Shown: piece after piece, positions 57,801 through 64,000 of the stretch | Layout of the letters: each line of letters begins with the position of its first letter | Position numbering within the stretch: the stretch's first letter is position 1 | From: Cyanophora paradoxa CCMP329 | Taxonomy: Eukaryota; Plantae; Glaucophyta | DNA length: 64,000 bases | NCBI GenBank assembly: GCA_004431415.1 | Contig: QPMI01000408.1 | Coordinates: 186,001-250,000 of the forward strand | Direction of reading: 5' to 3' | Notes under the pieces: model-generated | What the model was told of the DNA's origin: nothing | Seen by the model: only the letters and a program-made list of their open reading frames with translations | Databases searched by the model: none | Translations under genes and position numbers: made by a program

Positions 57801-58590
57801 GGCGGGGGCTTTCGACGGGGCCGAGGGCCCGTTGCTCCCCCACTGGGCGGCCGAGGTGGCCGCCGAGGGGCGCTCCCTCGTGAGGGACCCCCCCCGCTTC
57901 CACTTCACCCTGCACCCGTCCCCCGACGACCCCGAGCTCGCCGACTTCGGCGCAAAGTACCCCCCCGCGCCTCTTCCCCCTCCCCGCTTCCCCGCCCGCT
58001 CACGCCTCCGCAGCGGCCGCCTGAGCGCGCCGCGCATCCTCCCCGTGCGAAAGGTGGCCGCCTACGTCGTCAACAAGTTGAACGTTCGCCTCCCGCGCCC
58101 TCGGGCCCCCTGCCGGCGCCCCGCGCCCCTCTGACCGCGCGCGCCCGCGTGCGCAGCTCACGCTTCCGACGCGGGGCGGGGGCGAGCCGGGGGATACCCT
58201 GTCCGCAGATGAGTACGTCGAAATCCTTCTGGGGGATCAGGTGCGGGTCTGCCGACGTACCCCGTATCTCCTGCGTCCGATTGGGGGCACGTACGGCATG
58301 CACAGGTGTTGCAGCCGACGCTCAACCTCGGCACCATCAAGGCCTTCCTGCAGAAGGGGTCCCCAGCGGGCGACGACATCCCGCTCCGCTACCGCCGCTC
58401 CGGGCCTTTTCGGCCGCCACCGCCCGCCGTGCGACCCCCTCGGCCACGGCAACGGCCCGGCGGCGACCGCGAACGCAACTTTGCTCTGACGCGCCGCGCA
58501 GCCGCCGCCGCCAGCGCCGCCGCAGCCGGCGAGCGCGCCCAAGAATCAGTGGTTCCGCAAGATCTCAAGCAGCCAGTTCTAGGCTTCTAG
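54830..58590 (+). CDS. WDR48: WD-repeat protein 48 (UAF1) orthologue
   Basis: HVGGVNAL..SAGRDASIRIWD, HTDWVNDI, HSDYVK, LWDPRTGAKQAKLKGHAD, LNDKRRLL, VPSWFTLD, RLSAPRILPVRKV and LNLGTIK. Confidence 0.9.
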
Positions 58591-58886
58591 CTAGGCGCTT
58601 AGCGCCTTCGAATTCGGCTTGTAAATGTGTTTTCATCTGCTGGGGGGTGTACAGGATGATTCATGAATTTGCATGCGCATACGATTGTTGAAACCGGAGG
58701 GTCGGATCATCTTGGAACGAGCTTGCCGCTCCGCATTTCGCGCTCGTGTGGCTATAGAAGCAGCCAGCTACCGTAGTACAGCGTGGGCTGCCCTGCCGCG
58801 GCCCCCTCGCTACCTGACAAGCATCGGAGCATCGCATCGCGACCATTCCGGGCGAGAAGCCGCTGACTCAGCGCTAAGCTGCGAAG

Positions 58887-60502
58887 ATGGCCTCGAGCGT
58901 TGCGTCTCAGAGTACAATCTTCTCGGTGTCGTCCGCGACAACCAGCACACGGTCGGGCGGGCGTGTTGCACGGCACCCCGTCTACCTGAACCTAGGCGAG
59001 CAGGCTGGCCTCTAGAAGCGTAACATCTGCGCCCTGAAGCGATGACTGCCCGCAGCCGTTTGGGAGGGAGCCGATCTCGGCTTCGCGGACCCGACCCTCC
59101 ATGTCGATTTCGCGGGCTCGGTGATGGTCTGCAAGCCGAAGCAGGTGAAGAACGGGAACACGCTCGTCTTTGACGCGGGTTCGCCCCGCCACTTTGGCCG
59201 ACGCCCGCGCTCGACGCTAGTAAGGCCTCGCGCGCTCTCGAGCTTGCTGACTGGCACGCGCGCGCCCTCGGCCGCAGACAACCACTTCCCGCTTCCCGCG
59301 CTCAAGAAGCGCGGTCAATACGCCGGTCCGACCGAGTTCGCGATCCGCGTGGTGAATTCGATCCGCCAGCGGTCCCTGCGCGCGCGCCGCTGACGGTCCG
59401 CCAGTACAACGGGACGGATCTCGTCGGGCGGGTGCACGCCGACTTCGGCCGCGTGCGGAAGGGCATGCCCCGCTCCTGGTGGTGCGCGCCCCGCCCCGCC
59501 CCGCCCCGCCCCGCCCGCCGCTCGAGTCTCGCCGAGACGCCGCCCGGCGGCCGCGCCGCAGGCTGCCGGTCGAGCGGGCGCTCCAGGAGTTCGCCGGCGG
59601 GCTGCACGTCGGCCTGCTCCTCAGCTACCGCCCGGAGCCCGTCCCGCGGCAGGCGCAGTCGCCCCCGACGCCCTCGCCCGGCACGCCGGCGGCCCCGCGC
59701 GCCTCTACGCCCGCCCGCGTGGCCGCCTCCCCCGCGCGCTCCTCCGCGCCCGGCGCGCTCCCGGTGCCCGCCACGAGCTGGATCGAGGTGCCCGCCCCGC
59801 CCCTCCCCTCCCCTCCCACGCCCCTGCCATCGATCCTCACGCGGCGGCCTCAGGTGAGCCCGACGGCGGGGCCGAAGCCCATCACGACGCCGAGCTGCAC
59901 GACCGCCCGCCAGGCCGCCGAGCGCGCGCGGGCGATCGCCTCCGGCTTGGTCGAGGTGGCGCGCCCTCAGCCATTTGATTTGAACCGCCCTCGCGCCTCA
60001 CGCCTTCGCCTCGTGCAGGCCGCGCCGGTTCGGGCCAAGGACGGGCCCGACGGAGCCGTCTGGGGCCTCGGTACCCCCTCGCGGGACGGGGGCCGCTCGG
60101 AGTTCGAGAGCCCGGGGCCCCGCCTCTCAATCGGCAGCCGCTCCGAAAAGGTCGCGCCATACGCGTACGACGAGGTGCGAGGCTCTCCAATGCGCAGCCG
60201 TGTAATGAGCGAGGACAAGATAAGATTGCGCGCCCCGCCATCTGCTAGCAGCCTCCCGCCCCGCCCCGCCCCGCCCCACCGGCACCCGCCGGGCCGTGCC
60301 GCCCCTCACGTTCCCCGGGCAGCCCGAGGAAGTGGTGCCTCCGCCGGCGCCGCGGGTGGAGGAGTCGAGCCTGGGCTTCCTCATGGGCTGCTTCACGTGC
60401 TTCTCGCGCCGCGAGACGGCGGCACAGGACCTCGAAGAGCCGTCGGACGCGTTCGTCCAGAACCAGCGCAACATCTCCCTCTGGCAGCGCCTCTCCTCGT
60501 AG
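58887..60502 (+). CDS. C2-domain protein with low-complexity C-terminus
   Basis: Spliced VYLNLAVWEGADLGFADPTLHVDF..NTLVFD..TDLVGRVHADF..WWLPV..GGLHVGLLL follows the C2 strand pattern. Confidence 0.55.
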
Positions 60503-60866
60503 CAGCCGCGGTCACGCGCACTGCGGCACCCCTGACTGCGCGACCGCGCTTGCTAGCGCTGCCTGCGCATGCGGGTCCGACGCCCGCATTGTTATGCAGG
60601 ACGCATTGTACGTGGTTCGATCTGTCAGAGTCTGTAATTAAGTGAATACTTGAGTGACTCTGCGGCCGGCGCTAGCGCTGGAGACCATCGTCGGACCTCG
60701 ACGCGTATGCGCGCGCGCGAGCTGAGCAGCTCTGAGCAGCGGTCTGCGGTCAGCGGAGTACTCGATAACTGCGCGCGCGCGCGAGACACTAGCTGCGCAT
60801 GCGCATGCGTGCGCCGTGCGCTGGTAATCCGGTGCGTGTACCCCGAGCTCGAGGTGCTGGTTTGAG

Positions 60867-63803
60867 ATGGCCGCGTTCACGACCCCGCTCGTTCTCGCCA
60901 AGGCTGGCGCCGCCGTAGGCATCGCGGGCTCGCCCGTGTGCTCGCACGAGAAGCCCGCCAGGTGAGCGAGGGTCGTTTCGGCCGTGACGCGCGCCTGTCC
61001 CCCATCCAGCGCGCTGCCGCCGCTGGGGCTTGCCAGCGGACTTAGCGTCGCTCCTTTGACGGCCCGAATGACGCCTCCCGGGCGCTCCGCTTCGCACCCC
61101 TTCGTACGCGATGCGACTAACTTGCCGCAGACGCATCGCGCAGGCGAAGCGCGACTTCGTCGCCGGTGACGCGAAGGTCCAGCATTCGTTCTCCGCGTCC
61201 AAGTTCGCCGGCCGCGTCGTGGCGAAGGGCCAGCGGGCCGGTTCGCGTTACTTTGCCCAGCGGCCCGGGCCGCCCCCGTACGTCACCCCGACCGTTTTCG
61301 CAGATAAGGCGGCGACCCGGCGCGCCTTCATCGTCGAGGGTGCGCACGAGCCACGTGCGCGGGATCAAATTCGCCGCCAGATCTCACGGGCGGCGGGCGG
61401 GGAACGCAGCGGCTGGCAAGCAGATCACTGTCGGCGTCATCGGCGCGGGCCGCATCGGCCGCGTGCACGCGGAGACCATCTCGTACCGCGTCCCCGACGC
61501 CAAGATCGGCCTCATCGCCGACCCCTACCCCGAGGTGCGCCCGCGCCGCCCGCGCCGCTCGCCGGGCCGCGCGAGCAAGGGACCGCGCGCAGGGCCTGAA
61601 GAAGCTGGGCGAAGACCTCGGCGTGGCGACGACCGCTGACTACAAGGACATCATCAACAACAAGGACATCGACGTGCGCGCGCCGCCACCGCCGCTCCCG
61701 TTTCCGAAACGCGAGCGCACGCCGCCGCAGGCCGTCCTCATCTGCTCGCCCTCGGACCAGCACGCGACGCAGATCAAGGAGGTCGGCCCAGCCGCCCGCG
61801 CGCGCCCTCGAGCCCCTCTCTTTCTCTCCCTACTGACGCTGCGCGCCGGGCAGGCGGCGGCGGCGGGGAAGCACGTCTTCTGCGAGAAGCCGATCTCTCT
61901 GGACCTGCGCGTGATCGACGAGTGCCTGGCGGCCGTCGACAAGGCCGGCGTCAAGTTCTTCACCGCGTGCGCCCCGCCATCCCTCCCCCGCCCCGCCCAC
62001 TCTGCGGCCCGGGCCGGGCCGGGCCGACCCTCGCGGCAGGTTCCAGCGGCGGTACGACCCGAATTTCAAGGCCCTCCACGACGCCGTCAAGGACGGCTCC
62101 GTCGGCGAGGTCCGCCCGCTCCGCTCCGGCCTGCAGCGCGCGGCAGCCGAGGCGGCCCCGGGGGGCCTTGTGCGCAGGTCTTCCACGTGCACTGCACCTC
62201 GCGGGACCCGGGCCCCCCGCCCATCGCCTACGTCAAGCAGTCCGGCGGCATCTTCCTCGACATGGCCATCCACGTGCGCCCGCCCGCGCCGCGCCGGGAG
62301 GGACGGGCGGACGGACGGACGGGGCCAGAGATCTAGAGGCCTCTGACGAACGCGCGCGCCGGCGCCAGCGCCGGCGGCGGCGATACGATAACTTTGATAC
62401 CTTTTGATACCTTCAATGCTAACTAACTGCGCGGCTCCGTCTCCGCGGCCGCCCTCGCCCGCGCAGGACTTCGACATGCTGCGGTACCTGACGCTGAGCG
62501 ACCCCGTCGAGGTCTACACCCGCCCCGCCGTCCGCGTCGACCCCGAGGTGCCCCGGGCCCCCGCCCCCGCCTTCTCTTTCGGTCGGGGGGCGGGCGGGTG
62601 GCTTTCGGCGGGCATCTAGATAGATACCTAGACCGGGTGGCGGGTGGCTTTCGCTTTCGGTCGAGGCATCCTAGACCTAGATACCTAGACTTAGGTGCGC
62701 CGGGCGCCCCGCCCCCGCTGCCGCCGCCCTCTCTTTCGATCGAGGGGCGGGTGGCTTTCGGCGGGCATCTAGATACTTAGAACGGGCTCGGCAGCCTAGC
62801 CCGTTCACCGCCCGCCTACGAGCGGCTCGGCGGCCTGTGCGTGACGCGGGGCGGGGGCGGGGGGTACGCAGATCGGGGCGGCGGGCGACTACGACTCGGC
62901 GATCACCGTCGTGACCTTCAAGAGCGGCGCCGTCGGCGTCATCGACAACTGCCGCAAAGCCAGTGCGCCCCCCCAAACCGAGTCGCCCTCCCCGCAGGCC
63001 CCTCACACGGGCGGCAGCGTACGGGTACGACCAGCGTGCGGAGGTGTTCGGGTCGAAGACGCGGGTGACGATCTCGAACGAGACGGCGTCGCGGCTGGAG
63101 ACGTGGGGCCCGGACGGCATCGTCGGGCAGAAGCCCCTGGACTTCTTCATGACCCGCTACACCAAGGTCCGTACAGGAGAGGGCCTTCGTAGGCGGCGGC
63201 ATAGACACGTAGGGCCCGAGCCTAGCGAGCCTTTGGGGCGAGCCAGCCAGCCTTCCGAAATAGCCAGCCTTCCGAAAGAGAGAGCGGGGGTGGATGGGGA
63301 GGGGCCGCCCCCTCCCCACTTTCTCCTAGCCCTTGGGGCCTAGCCCGAGCCTAGCCAGCCCTCGGAGCGAGCGGCATAGACAGAAAGACCGCTGCCTCCC
63401 CCCATCTCCCTTCTCCCGTCCTCCATTCCTGAGCGCTGGCGGGCGCCTTTGGAGAGAGCGGATAACACTGGGGGCGCACCCTCCCCCCCTTCTTTCTCCC
63501 TTCGCCCCTTCCCATTTCTGAGTGCGCGTACCCCCGCAGGCCTACGAGAACGAGATCCTTGCCTTCATCGACTGCGTCGTCAACGGTGCGCCCCGGCGCG
63601 ATCAGATCTTATCTGATCTGATCTGATCTGATCTGATCTGATCTGATTCTATCCCCCCTACTCCTCCCCCCCTGATTTGATCCGCAGACAAGCCCTCGCC
63701 GACGCCGGGGACGGAGGGCCGCTGGGCGACCCTCTCGGCCCTCGCCGCCCTCAAGTCGGCCAAGGAGGGCCGCCCCGTCAAGCTCTCCGAGGTCGACATC
63801 TAA
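60867..63803 (+). CDS. iolG: myo-inositol 2-dehydrogenase (Gfo/Idh/MocA, IolG type) with N-terminal putative plastid transit peptide
   Basis: VGVIGAGRIGRVHA, GKHVFCEKPIS, FQRRYDPNF, TSRDPGPPP..SGGIFLDMAIHDFDM and YGYDQRAEVFGS; N-terminus MAAFTTP..RRAFIVE. Confidence 0.9.
63600..63647. repeat. (GATCT)n intronic microsatellite
   Basis: Direct reading of the sequence. Confidence 0.9.
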
Positions 63804-64000
63804 ATTTAGATCGGATCTAGACGTTCCCTCGAGTAGTTGCTCCCCTTGCACGTTTGAAATTTCCCTTTCGGACCGCACGAGACGAGTGTAGTAGAGTCCA
63901 CAGTAGATCGTCGGATCCCTGTGCTGGTGCGAGTTTGCAGTGCAAAACAGACACTCGTGTGTCACTGGAACTTCGGAACTCATGCACATGATCGCGCCGC

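Noticed and set aside
62590-63400. Short intronic direct repeats (GGGTGGCTTTCGGCGGGCATCTAGATA; AGCCAGCCTTCCGAAA)
   Set aside because: Two or three local copies inside iolG introns with no termini or coding capacity; probably slippage duplications.

Overview
GC-rich eukaryotic (protist/algal) nuclear DNA in two parts. (1) About 1-25,000 is a virus-like or giant mobile element with few introns, running off the left edge. It contains a ~387-bp palindromic tandem array, a MORC-type GHKL ATPase, a family B DNA polymerase (broken just after motif A), a RING protein, a ~1,800-aa UL9/origin-binding-type SF2 helicase, and two copies of an origin-like module (62-bp array, AT-rich inverted repeat, 72-bp array) flanking an F-box protein. 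These are followed by a Skp1/BTB-like protein, a TFIIB-like factor, a second Zn-finger protein, a divergent histone H3 (K27R, altered K9 context, CenH3-like fold) and a tRNA-like element. Four element genes share a CGATAWAAG promoter motif. I saw no capsid, terminase or integrase gene in the window. (2) About 25,800-64,000 is intron-dense host DNA with 50-100 nt GT-AG and GC-AG introns. It encodes an XK-related/LRR gene and a truncated inverted paralogue, a GPI-type surface protein, SmG, a CCDC24-like protein, a TPR protein, LSm8, a selenoprotein M (in-frame UGA plus candidate SECIS, missed by the ORF track), U1-C, a GBP-family GTPase, WDR48, a C2 protein and a bacterial-type myo-inositol dehydrogenase. 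The last has an MAAF- presequence suggesting a glaucophyte-like host (inference). All family assignments are by motif recognition, not database search.
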